In this document: positions 25,941 through 38,650 of the stretch, in pieces
How positions within the stretch are numbered: the first letter of the stretch is position 1
Layout: every line of letters starts with the position of its first letter
Assembly (NCBI GenBank): GCA_951406725.2
Contig: OX597818.1
Location: 48,236,001 to 48,300,000, forward strand
Source: Octopus vulgaris
Lineage: Eukaryota
DNA: 64,000 bases
Direction of reading: 5' to 3'
Position numbers and translations under genes: made by a program
The notes under the pieces: model-generated
Told to the model about the DNA's origin: nothing
Seen by the model: only the letters and a program-made list of their open reading frames with translations
The model's database searches: none

Positions 25941-26322
25941 GGAAGCACTCCGTCGGTTACGACGATGAGGGTTCCGGTTGATCCGATCAACGGAACAGCC
26001 TGCTCGTGAAATTAACGTGTAAGTGGCTGAGCACTCCACAGACACGTGTACCCTTAACGTAGTTCTCGGGGATATTCAGCGTGACACAGAGAGTGACAAG
26101 GCCGGCCCTTTGAAATACAGGTACAACAGAAACAGGAAGTAAGAGTGAGAGAAAGTTGTGGTGAAAGAGTACAGCAGGGATCACCACCATCCCCTGCCGG
26201 AGCCTTGTGGAGCTTTCGGTGTTTTCGCTCAATAAACACTCACAACGCCCGGTCTGGGAATCGAAACCGCGATCCTATGACCGCAAGTCCGCTGCCCTAA
26301 CCACTGGGTCTTTGCACCTCCA
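25941..26322 (-). mobile_element. SINE family C, tail type 1
   Basis: Matches 9908-10286; flanked by ATATGTATGTAT duplication. Confidence 0.9.
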
Positions 26323-27168
26323 TATGTATGTATAATACTAGCTTAAAAGCCGGCCTATCAGGCGGCTTTTAAGCTAGCTCTTGTGGAGGGCTCTTCATTG
26401 GGCCTTGGGCCCAACAATGACACTTCATGCATTGAGTACATAATAAATTTTAATGAACTTTACCAATGTCTTTCAAGTAATGAACAATTTTCATCAAAAC
26501 AATGATATAGTTTGTCGACTTGGAACTTATTGCGAAACTGCATGATAAACAATATTTCTTTTGTCTTCCCATTCAGGGGTCAGTACAATTTTTTTCTGTC
26601 TAACCTCTCCCTCCCCCCCTCTCTCTCTCTCTCTCTCTCTGTTGATAACTTCCAAGGAGAGTGCTGTGTATTTTAAGTCTGCAAAATTGTGCATAAAGCA
26701 TATAAAATGCATTAAGTAATCATCGTATTCCAGTTTCCTTCACTTTTCAGTGATTAGCAGATGAGTGACTGTCTTTCCATACAGACACAACATAGGCTAC
26801 GCTTTCGTGGTTTTTTGATAAGGTTTCCAGAAATAACGCAATAAGTTTACCATTGATTCTGTGAAATATTCACGGGCCCCGCTATTAATAATTATCGGTA
26901 TTATCATTATCACTGCTTCCATTGCACTTTTTCCTCCTCCACTTCGTTCCATTCTATCCCTTATATATATAAATCTAAGCATTCGCACATTCACTACTCT
27001 TCTCTGAAGAGACAGGAGTCGTAACAAATGGCTTTGTTGTAAAGAGACAATAAGCATCAAACATCCTTACTCTGTATCTCCGAGGGACTTACTGTGGATT
27101 ATACGATCATCCAGTCAAAATACACACGCACGCACACACACAGTAATACACCATCAAATTCCAGTACC

Positions 27169-27390
27169 TATTTCTTTACTACCCACAAGGGGCTAAACAC
27201 CGAGGGGACAAACAAACGGATTAAGTCGATTACATCGACCCCCAGCGCGTAACTAGTACTTAATTTATCGACTCCGAAAGGATGAAAGGCAAAGTCGACC
27301 TCGGCGGAATTTGAACTCAGAACGTAACGGCAGACGAAATACGGCTACGCATTTCGCCCGGCGTGCTAACGTTTCTGCCAGCTCGCCGCC
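27169..27390 (-). mobile_element. SINE family B monomer
   Basis: 15-bp TSD TCAAATTCCAGTACC. Confidence 0.92.
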
Positions 27391-27967
27391 CTTCAAATTC
27401 CAGTACCGCTGGTTCCAGATCACAAGCGTAGCTACAGTGTGTGCTGCTCGGGGCGGCCCTTCAGCTTGCCGCTCCCGTACCCCACAAAAAACGCATATTA
27501 CCTACAGCAAACCCAAAAGTGCCGCCCTTCTACCTACGCTAATGGTTCCAGATCTTGTACTGGATAATAATCTAGAATAAATTCCTAAGAGACTGCCGCC
27601 AAGTTATTCATAAATTTTTCACTATCAGACTATTCATGATATGCCTCTGGTTACTTACTAAAAACATAAGAAAACAGAAACATTCTCCCTATCCCTCAGC
27701 TGTAATAATGTGAAGGTAAATTTGTCTCAAACTAAAATCAAACTCCATGCGCTAATCACTACTACCTCCACCCACACTCATGGCAATCTCTACAGAAATG
27801 AATGCGAAGGGCATATATCTGTCTTTTTCTCCTTCATACTCAGACACTGTATTCCCCGCTTAGAAGATAAATTTATCTGATAACATGCTCTTCATAATTA
27901 CGTTTTGAGAGAGAGATTCTTCGGAAGGTTAGCGCGAAGCATAAGATTTCGTTTTAAACATTTGTTC

Positions 27968-27999
<32 letters not shown>

Positions 28000-28189
28000 C
28001 ATTATCATTACACTCTCATCACACCTTACATATGTTTCTTGGAAATAAACAAAAGTCTGAGAAAGTTCGGCAGTGAAAATAGTTATTAAATTTCGAGGCT
28101 GTAGTCTCCCATGAGATTTGAACGTCTGCTCATAATGACGTCTGAAAAACAAAAGCTCGGAAGCTCTGTTGTATGCGCGTATGTATGTA

Positions 28190-28250
<61 letters not shown>

Positions 28251-28266
28251 GTGTGCATGTATATAT

Positions 28267-28882
28267 ATATCGTGAATTATATTTGCCACTTAAATGCGGC
28301 TAACCCTTAAGGGTGGATGCTACTGTAGCTTGTAGCCCCAGGAGGTCACCTCCTCTAGCTGGCTATTGACACACTTTCTGTGCCCCTATCAGTATTTGCA
28401 AAAGGGAAGCCATCCTTCCCATCTCTAGTCTGACATCAGCATGTGGCAATCACCAGTTGTCGATGTGAAGTGGTTCCCAGTGCAAATATATATATATATC
28501 CTTTTTTCCAGTGACGAAAAGTCACTGATCTCGAAAAAGTGTAAACAAGTAATAATAAATCTCTGAGGATATATATATATTTGCATTGGGAACAACATCA
28601 CATCGACAACCGGTGATTGTCACACGATGATGACGGATCAATATTCAGAAACTCGAGTCCGTATGTATCATGTCAGGTTGGAGATGGGAAGGATGGCTTC
28701 CCTGTGCAAATACTGATAGGGCACAGAAAGTGTATCAATAGCCAGCAGGAGGAGGTGTCTTCCGGGGGCCAGAAGCTACAGTAGCATCCACCCTTAAGGA
28801 TTAGCCGCATTTAAGTGGCAAATATACTTCACGATATCGTGCAGCTACTGTTTATACCTCGCTCAGAGATTTATTATTGCTT
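28267..28882. mobile_element. Fold-back element (~235/270-bp inverted arms) carrying a hammerhead motif; Penelope-like terminus remnant
   Basis: 28267-28502 vs 28567-28837 reverse-complementary; extra IR 28547-28567 vs 28862-28882; (TA)n flanks. Confidence 0.7.
28621..28665 (+). ncRNA. Degenerate type I hammerhead motif
   Basis: CACACG aTGATGA CGGAT-caat-ATTCA GAAA CTCGAG TC CGTATG; the opposite arm keeps CTGATG but has lost the rest. Confidence 0.6.
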
Positions 28883-29363
28883 ATATATATATATATTTTA
28901 GAAAGTTCTATTTGATCTTTTCTGATTTCTGTTTCATTAAAAACAATCTTAACTCTACACTATAAACATAGGTAAAAATCAAAATACATTCTAGCAATTG
29001 GCGTTCTGTCTTCCTGCTGACACAACCACAAGGGAGAGGATATTATAACACTAAGCCAATTTGGCCTAGGGTTATATGACTCTTCAACACGAAGAGACAA
29101 GGCCTTCACCATTATCTTTACGATGGCTAAAAGCCAACTCCCGTGACTGGTTTGCTACCTGTCACAACACACACGCATTCGCCCAGTTACGGATAAACAA
29201 ACATCTTCACAGCCATTATATATTGCCTCACATTTAGATAAACCTGATTCGATAGAGAGTCTTTCTGTAGTAAACACATTTTACATAACAACGTATATTA
29301 TCTTGTTTACTAATCCTTAAACGTGTCCACGTAGATTTTTCACTGCATTTACATATATATCAA

Positions 29364-29411
<48 letters not shown>

Positions 29412-29819
29412 TGTGAACGTGGGAGAAAAGTCTATACTTTCCCAGGTCGTTCAAACATTCTCGAGGCCTGACATTGTTATATAACCTTACGAAGTGAAGA
29501 GGATCATTTTGACTGAATTGATAATCTCTTGAGGAAGATGGTTGCGAGGAGACGACAGAGAGCAACTCCGAGGTCTCCTCGCAACCACCAAGTACCTGGT
29601 CACTGAGTGGGGAAAATAGGTAGTTGGATAGGTAGTTGGCCTAGCTATTTCCACTTAATGTTGGCTGCAGGAATTCCCCGGCACTTTTCAATGAAAGTAG
29701 ACGCTTGCAACTCTGAGTACCAAGAAAGGAAAGGAAAGCAGTTGCTTGCAGATTGGGGTGAGACCACGGGAAGAATCTCTAGTTAGTTCTGGAACAGACG
29801 AAAGCATTTGGATTCTGAT

Positions 29820-31640
29820 GTTTCAGACGGAATGGGTAAATGGTATCGCGAGTAGAAAAATAACTAATACAAGAATGTTTGATATGAACAACGGAATGGA
29901 ATTCTGCAGGTTGATCATGATCATCTGTAGCTTGAAAAAAATGCTCGCTGCCTCACTACTTACAGGCGGTATTGCAACAATTTGAGGTTGTGTGAATAAC
30001 AGTTCGAAGAAAACAGCTCTGTATTGATGTAAGAAGCCAGATAACTCAATTAGGGGATTCAACAGCTTGACTTGCACTCGATCAGACGTTTTCACTATGA
30101 CACTGTCTTCAGGCTGACCAAGTTCCGTTGGTATGTCTCACACATGTGAAATCATCAATGTTAAAAAATGAGTCACTTGGGGGATTAAGAACGAAAAGGC
30201 TCTTCCTTATATTACACTGTTTTGCCGAAAAGCGACGTTGGAACTCTGAACAAGTCCAATCCAAAACGGGAAAATACAGGCAGAATCTCCATTCCTGTTG
30301 GTAAGCTTCCAGCGACCTTACTGAAAACTAAATATTCAATCTGTAGCAATTTGTTTCAATTGATTTGGCTTCTTCCAATCAGCTGTTTCTCCTCAATAAG
30401 AACCGATTAATTGATTGCTGATTTATTGATTGTCACATACCTTCGTCGTCCTACGTATTTGTTTCACTCGACGTCAAGATTCTCAATACAGTTACATAGG
30501 AATTCGTGGAGGCGCAATGGCCCAGTAGTTAGGGCAGCGGACTCGCGGTCATAGGATCGTGGTTTCGATTCCCAGACCGGGCGTTGTGAGTGTTTATTGA
30601 GCGAAAACACCTAAAGCTCCACGAGGCTCCGGCAGGGGGTGGTGGTGATCCCTGCTGTACTCTTTCACCACAACTTTCTCTCACTCTTACTTCCTGTTTC
30701 TGTTGTACCTGTATTTCAAAGGGCCGGCCTTGTCACTCTGTGTGTCACGCTGAATATCCCCGAGAACTACGTTAAGGGTTCCGTTGATTCGGATCAACCG
30801 GAACCCTCGTCGTCGTAACCGACGGAGTGCTTCCTTCTCTACATAGGAATTCGCTTGCTGCATTCTAGGGCCCTCCATTATCTGCTTCCTGACGATAGGG
30901 CTATGTCATGATATCAAACCCATTATTTCTTGCAAACTATCTTTACCCACCATGTTCATGTACCGATTGGAAGATCTGTTATTGTGCTGCTTAATCGTAT
31001 GACAGGATAAAACGGAGTAATGGTTCCTATTTTCACAAATCTGCCTAGTACGAACTTCGTTGATCATGGATAGCACAGACATATTCCTTTCTCAAAGTTA
31101 TGGTAGACCATCCATACAGTAGTGACTGTGACATGAAATTAGGACCCTTGTGAACTGCCAAAACGGCTTTTTGTCCACCGGCATACTTCCGATCGTAAAA
31201 GCCTGTCTTAGTGAATAGCTTCTCATATACTGTTTTTGATTGGTTCAGAAAATGTCGGCCACAAAAACAATATATTATATTTTCTGAGATGCTGTACTTT
31301 ACCTATGGATGTAATTTATTAAACATTGGATTGAAACTTCGAACGAAGCCAATGAGTGTGGAAATTTTCTAAGCTGTGGTTGAGATGGTTCATGTCTGCG
31401 ATATGGGTTCTCCGAATCTGTTGCGCGGTAATGAAAGACGTCTCTTCAAGAGAAAAGTTTAACAATTCTTTACTAAAGTGAAGTTTGGTTACTTGCCTTT
31501 CGGTTTCTGTCACAGCACGATCACCATCGTCACTGCTCACACGTTCTGAATCTGTTGAATCAAGTTTCCATTGAATCTATAAACATTATCAAAATATTAA
31601 AATTCTGCAAAATCTGACATTTTAAGGACCTTTGGATTTA
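29820..31640 (-). pseudogene. Decayed hAT transposase (ZMYM1/P52rIPK-like), split by a SINE
   Basis: YFPVLDWTCSEFQRRFSAKQCNIRKSLFVLNPPSDSF (~30280-30165); dimerisation-like IVAIPPVSSEAASIFFKLQMIMINLQNSI; CHSH near 31130; many stops; boundaries approximate. Confidence 0.7.
30506..30834 (+). mobile_element. SINE family C, tail type 1, internal deletion
   Basis: TSD TACATAGGAATTC. Confidence 0.9.
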
Positions 31641-31704
31641 AAGACTGCTCAACATCTTCCATCGCTGCAGCAAGCCTTTTGTAACAAATTGTTCCAAATC
31701 CAAT

Positions 31705-31740
<36 letters not shown>

Positions 31741-31744
<4 letters not shown>

Positions 31745-32018
31745 AAGTGGTTGGGGCAGCGGACTCGCGGTCGTAGTATCGCGGTTTCGATTCCCAGACT
31801 GGGCGTTGTGAGTGTTTATTGAGCGAAAACATCTAAAGCTCCACGAGGCTCCGGCAGGGTGTGGTGGCGATCCCTGCTGTACTCTTTCGTCACAACTTTC
31901 TCTCACTCTTTCTTCTGTTGGCCTGCTCGCTTAGCCAGCGGGGTGGCGTCATTTGAAGGCTATAACAATGCGAAGCGCATTGTGACCAGCGATGTGTAGC
32001 AACATTTGATAGCCTGGT
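31741..32018 (+). mobile_element. SINE family C, tail type 2
   Basis: Family C head; tail TTGGCCTGCTCGCTTAGCCAGCGGGGTGG...GATAGCCTGGT. Confidence 0.85.
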
Positions 32019-32024
32019 TAATAT

Positions 32025-32675
32025 ATATATATAATAAATGGCAAGTTTGTGTGTTTGTGAATTTGTTACTTTAACTTCTCCGAGACTATCCAACAGACAA
32101 TGATGAAACTTGACACGTGTGTGTGGGGGGGGGCTTATGCCCATGCGATCACTTACGCACTTGGAATTTTTTAAAAATCGATTCTTAATCAGCATCGATT
32201 TTTCAAAAATCGTGAAAATTTCGGTATTTTTCGCACTAGCCATCATGGCATCAAAAACGTTTCATGGGTATAAACAGACAGTTTATTAACAGTAATCTAT
32301 TTAGCATTTGCTAATTCTTCATTTCAATGCGAATTGTTTTGATTTGCTAAAACTTATTTCAATTCGTTGTTTTAATTCCACAGCGTTTCTGGTTTTGATT
32401 AAGTAAGAGCATTTTATTTCTCAAGCAAAATTTAGGCATTTTGCACACTAGCCGTCATAACATTAATTTGACGAAATCTGCCCCAAAGCGTAAAATTTCG
32501 CCATTTTACGCATATGCACAAAAATGATGATGACGCGGGTTCGTTGGCAGACTGCTAATTTTTTTCGTCAAATTGGTCCTACCCAATAATATAGATTTTA
32601 AATTTTTGAATGATGTTTCATCGCTATAAACAGACCTCTTTTTAACGGTAATTTATTACCGAATACCTCAGCTAG
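32025..32675 (+). mobile_element. Helitron-like non-autonomous element
   Basis: 5' TATATAATAAATGGCAAGTTTGTGTG; 3' hairpin CGGTAATTTATTACCG then GCTAG-T. Confidence 0.6.
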
Positions 32676-32708
<33 letters not shown>

Positions 32709-32792
32709 GTGTGTGTGTGTGTGTGTGTATGTGTGTGTATGTGTGTGTATGTATGTATATGTCTCTGTGTGTGTGCGTGTATGTGTGTGTGT

Positions 32793-33083
32793 GAGGCCCA
32801 ATTGCCCAGTGTTTAGGGCAGCGGACTCGCGGTCGTAGGGTAGCAGTTTCGACTCCCAAACCGGGCGTTGTGAGTGTTTATTGAGCAAAAACATCTAAAG
32901 CTCCACGAGGCTCCGGCAGGGGGTGGCTGTGATCCCTGCTGTACTCTTTCACCACAACTTACTCTCACTCTTTCTTCTGTTGGCCTGCTCGCTTAGTCAG
33001 CGGGGTGGCGTCATTGAAGGCTAAAACAATGCGAAGCGCATTGTGACCAGCGATGTGTAGCAACATCTGATGGCCTGGTCGAT

Positions 33084-33090
<7 letters not shown>
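32793..33090 (+). mobile_element. SINE family C, tail type 2
   Basis: Matches 31741-32018. Confidence 0.85.
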
Positions 33091-33172
<82 letters not shown>

Positions 33173-33679
33173 CATACATACATACACACATACACACACA
33201 CACAAACTTTTGATCACAATAAACGAATTGCAGAATACTCATCGTTTACGACAGGAAAGTCCACCCAGTTGGATGTGAATCAAGAAACAACAGGTTGTTT
33301 ATAAATGTCTTTGTTTTAAGAAAAGTACAAAAGGTTAGATAACACAGGAGTTTGACACATTAAGAAATTTAAGAGAGCTATATCGCAACTAAAAATAAGC
33401 ATCATTATCACCTTTATACTAGTAAATAAAATATTTTTACAATGAGGTAATTTTATTTTCCTATCTCAAAACGCTTTTGTTTAACTCAGTCAAAAAAAAG
33501 CAACTTTATTGTGCGTGAAAGATTGCGGAGAGGCCATAACAAAAATAAAATCACTGAGTTGGACTTCGAATGACCTCAGCATGTTCAACGGATGATCCAA
33601 ACGGGCAGAGCTACGTAGAGGGGAAAAGAATAGACAAAAGCTACACCAAATAATAGCAGTACACACAGATATATGTACG

Positions 33680-34200
33680 AGCTAAGTTTTGGGGTGTTTT
33701 TTTCTTTCCAGGACCTCATGAAAGAGAACGTATTCATTGAGTCAAAAATAATCTGTCTCGAGTTTTTACTGTGAATCTTTTCCTCTTCTATTAACATTCG
33801 ACACACGTAGTCTCTGCGCAGTAAGGAAGAATTTCCCACCACTTTATCACTTTACTTGGCAAGCATATCGGGAGCCCTCCTGCCTCTCTTTTGGTGACCA
33901 CCTCATCCCATCTGCCTCTGGAATCCAACAGTGATCCACTTGGTCCTGCTCTATTCGCATTGGGTACTGATGATGTTACCAAGTTAATAACTATGCTTTG
34001 ATTACAATAATTAGGAATGTAATTTACCTCCATCACTAACCTTCCCCCCACCTCTCCTTATTCACCCCCACCACTCCCGTTACAGCTATCCTACCTGCAT
34101 CGCCTCCTGCACCCCACCCGAATCTCACCACCAGAGTTAATGTCCTTCACTTAGCTACCCCTAGCGCCATTCTCCTCGCCCCCCGTCTGAATTCCAATTC
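33680..34200 (+). pseudogene. CRE-like non-LTR reverse transcriptase remnant
   Basis: 33818-33980: AVRKNFPPLYHFTWQAYREPSCLSFGDHLIPSASGIQQ / DPLGPALFALGTDDV (frameshifted GxQQGDPLGPxLF motif). Confidence 0.7.
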
Positions 34201-35269
34201 TTATACTGACCCCACTGATACTGCCAGGTCACCGCGAAGTTGTGACGTACAGACTAAGTCCATGAGTGGAACCCTCAGGAGTAACCGTGTAGGGGATTAT
34301 ATTGCCATTCTGTCAGTGATGGAAATAGAGAGGGTATGCAGGGATATGACTTCCTCCTAGTTTTCATCTAACGTAAACGGGTAGCTTATAATGTCTAATC
34401 CTACTCTCAGTCTCTGAGACCTTAATTCCAGGATTAAAACCTATAGAGGCCCTAAGCACTTGAAAGATTTTAAAGCTACTCTACTATACGAGTATGTAGA
34501 ACTAATACAAATAATAACTAACGTTTTGTACACCAGTATAATTGTTTCTTTCTGTTGGCCTACCCTGTATAAAACGCAATTCTTTCGAGAAAAAAAAAAG
34601 GTCTCAAAAAAAAAAAAAGGTCTCAAAAAATAAAAAGGTCTCAAAAAGAAAAAATCTTCCTGCTCCTATATACGAACTCAGGACAATATTTCATACTCTA
34701 ATGCATTAAAAACCTTTTCTTTTTCTGAATATGATCTACTGAAATTAGGATGTATCTAATATGCCTGTGCATCTTTTATGCCATGACTGGCCCCCTCCCT
34801 CAAAATTTCGGGCCTTGTGCCTAGAGTAGAAAAAAAATGTTTTAAGAAACCCCGGGAAAATATAGATTTAACCCAATGACAGTTCCATATTCACCAATCC
34901 ACACATTTCCTCACCTACAATATAACTAAACTGGCATTCCGTCGGTTGCTATGACGTCGTTTCAGTTGATCCAATCAACTGCTCGTGAAATTAACGTGCA
35001 AATGACTGAGCACTGCATTGTACTCTTAACATGGTTGTTAGGGAGATTCAGTGTGACAGAATGTGACGAGGCTGGCTCTTCGAAATACAGGTACAATTCA
35101 GTTTTTGCCAGCTAAGTGAACTGGTGCATCGTGAAATAGTATCTTGCTCAAGGACAGAACGCGCTGACGGGAATCGAACTCATGACCTTGCGATCTTGAG
35201 CCGAATACCCTAACCAATAAGCAACTCGCCTTCACACCTTCAATATCACACACGCACGCACATGAATCT

Positions 35270-35500
35270 TATTTGTTTATTGCCCACAGGGGGCTAAATA
35301 TACAGGGGACAAACAAGGACAGATATAGGTATTAAGTCGATTACATCGACCCCAGTACGTAACTGGTACTTAATTTATCGACCCCGAAAGGCTGAAAGTC
35401 AAAGTCGACCTCGGCGGAATTTGAACTCAGAACGTAGCGACAGACGAAATACTGCTAAGCGTTTCGCCCGGCGTGCTAAAGTTTCTGCCAGCTCGCCGCC
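35270..35500 (-). mobile_element. SINE family B monomer
   Basis: 18-bp TSD CACGCACGCACATGAATC. Confidence 0.9.
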
Positions 35501-35993
35501 ATCACGCACGCACATGAATCGCTAATCTAAAACAAGACAGCCTCTTTTAAGCGCGAGCTCATCAAAAATGCAGCAACCACCCTTTATCTAACCCACAACT
35601 CACTAAAGATATTATTACCGAGCCGACCTAATCAGTGCTGTCTATCTCTCTCTATTTATCTACCCGCTCATTATTAACACACTAGCATTTATATATATAT
35701 AGAGTAGTCTGTAACATATGAGGCCGAAAATCAAGTTAACCTTTTCTCCTCCCTTCGAATATATTAATATGCAATGAATTACACATTGTAGTAATGTAGG
35801 AACACTCCTTCCTTCTCTATAATAACCAAACACGCTCGCAGAGAATGAGAATGTATCAAAAGGCTTTCGTTCGTTTAAGCCAGTGGTTCTCAACCGTTTA
35901 TTCCCTGTGGACCCTTTTGATTTATATTTGGCCCTACTGAACCCCTATAACCACTCGATGTTAAAAAAAAATTCCGTTATACTTTTATAATTA

Positions 35994-36388
35994 GGAGTGG
36001 CTGTGTGGTAGGTAGCTTGTTTACCAACCACATGGTTCCGGGTTCAGTCCCACTGCGTGGCACCTTGGGCAAGTGTCTTCTACTATAGCCTCGGGCCGAC
36101 CAAAGCCTTGTGAGTGGATTTGGTAGACGGAAACTGAAAGAAGCCCGTCGTATATATGTATATATATTCGTGTGTGTGTTTGTGTGTCTGTGTTTGTCCC
36201 CCTAGCATTGCTTGACAACCGATGCTGGTGTGTTTATGTCCCCGTTACTTAGCGGTTCGGCAAAAGAGACCGATAGAATAAGTACTGGGCTTACAAAAGA
36301 ATAAGTCCCGGTGTCGAGTTGCTCGACTAAAGGTGGTGCTCCAGCATGGCCGCAGTCAAATGATTGAAACAAGTAAAAGAGTAAAGTG
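35994..36388 (+). mobile_element. SINE family A (follows a hAT-MITE left end at 35881)
   Basis: Family A match; CAGTGGTTCTCAACC upstream. Confidence 0.88.
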
Positions 36389-36430
36389 TAAATATTAGGA
36401 ATTGTATTTTTGAAAATGCTAAAATATTTT

Positions 36431-36768
36431 TTCTTTACTACCCACAAGGGGCTAAACATAAAGAAGACCAACAAGGACAGACAAACGGATGAAGTCGATT
36501 ATATCGACCCCAGTGCGTAACTGGTACTTAATTTATCGACCCCGAAAGGATGAAAGGCAAAGTCGACCTCGGCGGAATTTGAACTCAGACCGTAACGGCA
36601 GACGAAATACCGCTAAGCATTTCGCCCGGCGTGCTAACGTTTCTGCCAGCTCGTCGCCTATATTAAAAGTAGACCCTGGCGGCATTTGAACTCAGATTGT
36701 AAAAGCAGGTGAAATGCCGCTCAAGCATTTTGCCCAGCATGCTAAAGATTCTGCCAGCTCGCCGCCTC
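36431..36768 (-). mobile_element. SINE family B with a second, older-type head
   Basis: Full unit plus extra head (~36670-36768) inside TSD AAAATGCTAAAATATTTT. Confidence 0.85.
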
Positions 36769-37148
36769 CAAAATGCTAAAATATTTTGTCTGCAGCAGAA
36801 GTTTAACTAATTTACTGCACGTCTACCTTAGCAACAAAATCATGTGAACCCCGCTTACTGGTTCTCAAGCGATGATTTATCAGAGTCGTTAGCGCTCTGG
36901 GGTCAAATCCCGCCCAGCCAACTATGCCTTTCATTATTTCGGGGATGATAAGTAAAGAACAAGTTGAGTCGTTTCTTAATTACCGACAGGTAATATTTAT
37001 CCTCACTTAAACATGGATGTTCTGTTGGAATAAACTATACTGCGGTTGTTACCATGAAGGAAACTCTCATATTTGCTTTTGGTGCAAAATGCTGTCTTAC
37101 TTATATCACTAGCAAGGAGATAAATCTCCGCCATCCTCAGCACCAAGA

Positions 37149-37195
37149 CCACCAGATCACGTGATTTCGACCTTCCTTGGTCTTGTCAATGATGG
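37149..37195 (-). ncRNA. Minimal type I hammerhead ribozyme motif, U3-A8 variant, otherwise canonical
   Basis: Minus strand: CCATCA TTGACAA GACC-aaggaa-GGTC GAAA TCACGTGA TC TGGTGG; helix I 6 bp, G10.1-C11.1, 10-nt palindromic helix III. Confidence 0.8.
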
Positions 37196-37545
37196 ACGCT
37201 CGACCACTAGAAATAGCTGCGATTCATCTCCCCGCTGGTGATGGAAGATACCAGTTGTGTTCAAACCTGGCAAGGGTTTGAACACATGCCAGCACCTGTA
37301 AGAAAAATAAACTACACAATTTCGCATCAAGAATGAGTGTCAGCTTTCGTATGGCCATTAACTCTACTGAGTTCATTTGCCTTTTGACAGGCTTTGTTTT
37401 TCATCCTGTATTGTGTCCAACTAAAACTCCTCTCATTACTAAGCAGGGTTTGGTAGGGCTGCAGGTCTAGGCACCAACAGCCAGATCATGCGACAGGTTT
37501 TACTGGGTTACATGTTACCAGTAGCACAAATAGTGACCTTACATA

Positions 37546-37601
<56 letters not shown>

Positions 37602-37749
37602 CATGCACAAGAAATTAGCATGAGAACTTAACGTAATGACTGAATAAATTAATTCAGAGATGTCGCCGCGCTTACCAAAGATTAAATCGAATCAAAATTC
37701 CTGGTAAACAATATCTTTTAATTCCCTGCTGTCCACCTTTTTCCTTTCG

Positions 37750-38650
37750 GCAAAGCTTTTAGGGTTAATACATACAAAAAGCCTTTATGCACATAGGAAA
37801 TTAGAAGAATTTTTGTCTCTCTCTTCGGAATTCATCTCGTTTCTTCCGGGTTTGAAATAAAGTAGATAGTTTCTGAAGTAACTTTATGATGGACGGCCAT
37901 ATTGTTACTCTTTCAACATGTTGCTGTTGCCTTTCAACCCATCCGTGTATCTTTTCTACACCGATTATCTTAACTACATTATTCCCCCAATGTTATCTCA
38001 TATATAGCTTAGCTGATGGACATAACTGCATATGAAATATTTCATGCCATTTGCTCAATTTCCTTACAACTCATTTATTAGTACAATGTCACTGAGAAGA
38101 GTATAATGTTATTCATCATTCCAGTTTCTAGTTACAGTGAATGCCAATTGAGTTTAATGTGATAAAACCCTAAACCAAATGCACTTTATCATTATCGCAT
38201 TAATTCAAACGTTCTAAATATTTCCGCGTACAAAATAGGAGAGAGAAAAGCATTAGCTTCTATGTTTAATGGCGAGACAATGTCCACTGTGATTTCGAAT
38301 AATGATATAAGTGACCTCATGAAAAAGGATATCCGATACTCCTTCATATACGGAAATCATGTTTATATTACAAGACAAAATGTCGAGTCCGTTTTGTTTC
38401 TCTTCTCTTTAGCAACAATCTGTACATACCACACCTCGATCAAAACTCTTTTTCCGGCAATGAACATCCATAAGTATACTTATAATCATTTATCGCTTTT
38501 GCACAACCTCGAGTTTTAGGAAAGTCACATTGTCTTGTCATTACAGTTTATTTGCGCAGTAGGATTGTACTAGTGTGGTAGAAAAGTTCTGATACTTTCT
38601 CACGATGTTCGCTGATATATTTCTGGAGGTTTCGGTAAGATTCTACGTTC
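37750..38650 (-). pseudogene. Possible highly decayed LINE reverse transcriptase
   Basis: Scattered weak echoes in the expected order (MFIAGKRVLIEVW for FIDxxKAFDxVW, LYAE, HVER); heavily frameshifted. Confidence 0.3.

Noticed and set aside
29823-30095. 90-aa hydrophobic ORF as a membrane protein
   Set aside because: Better explained as the decayed hAT dimerisation region
34589-34655. Three GGTCTC + poly(A) units
   Set aside because: Simple slippage-type duplication; no further structure
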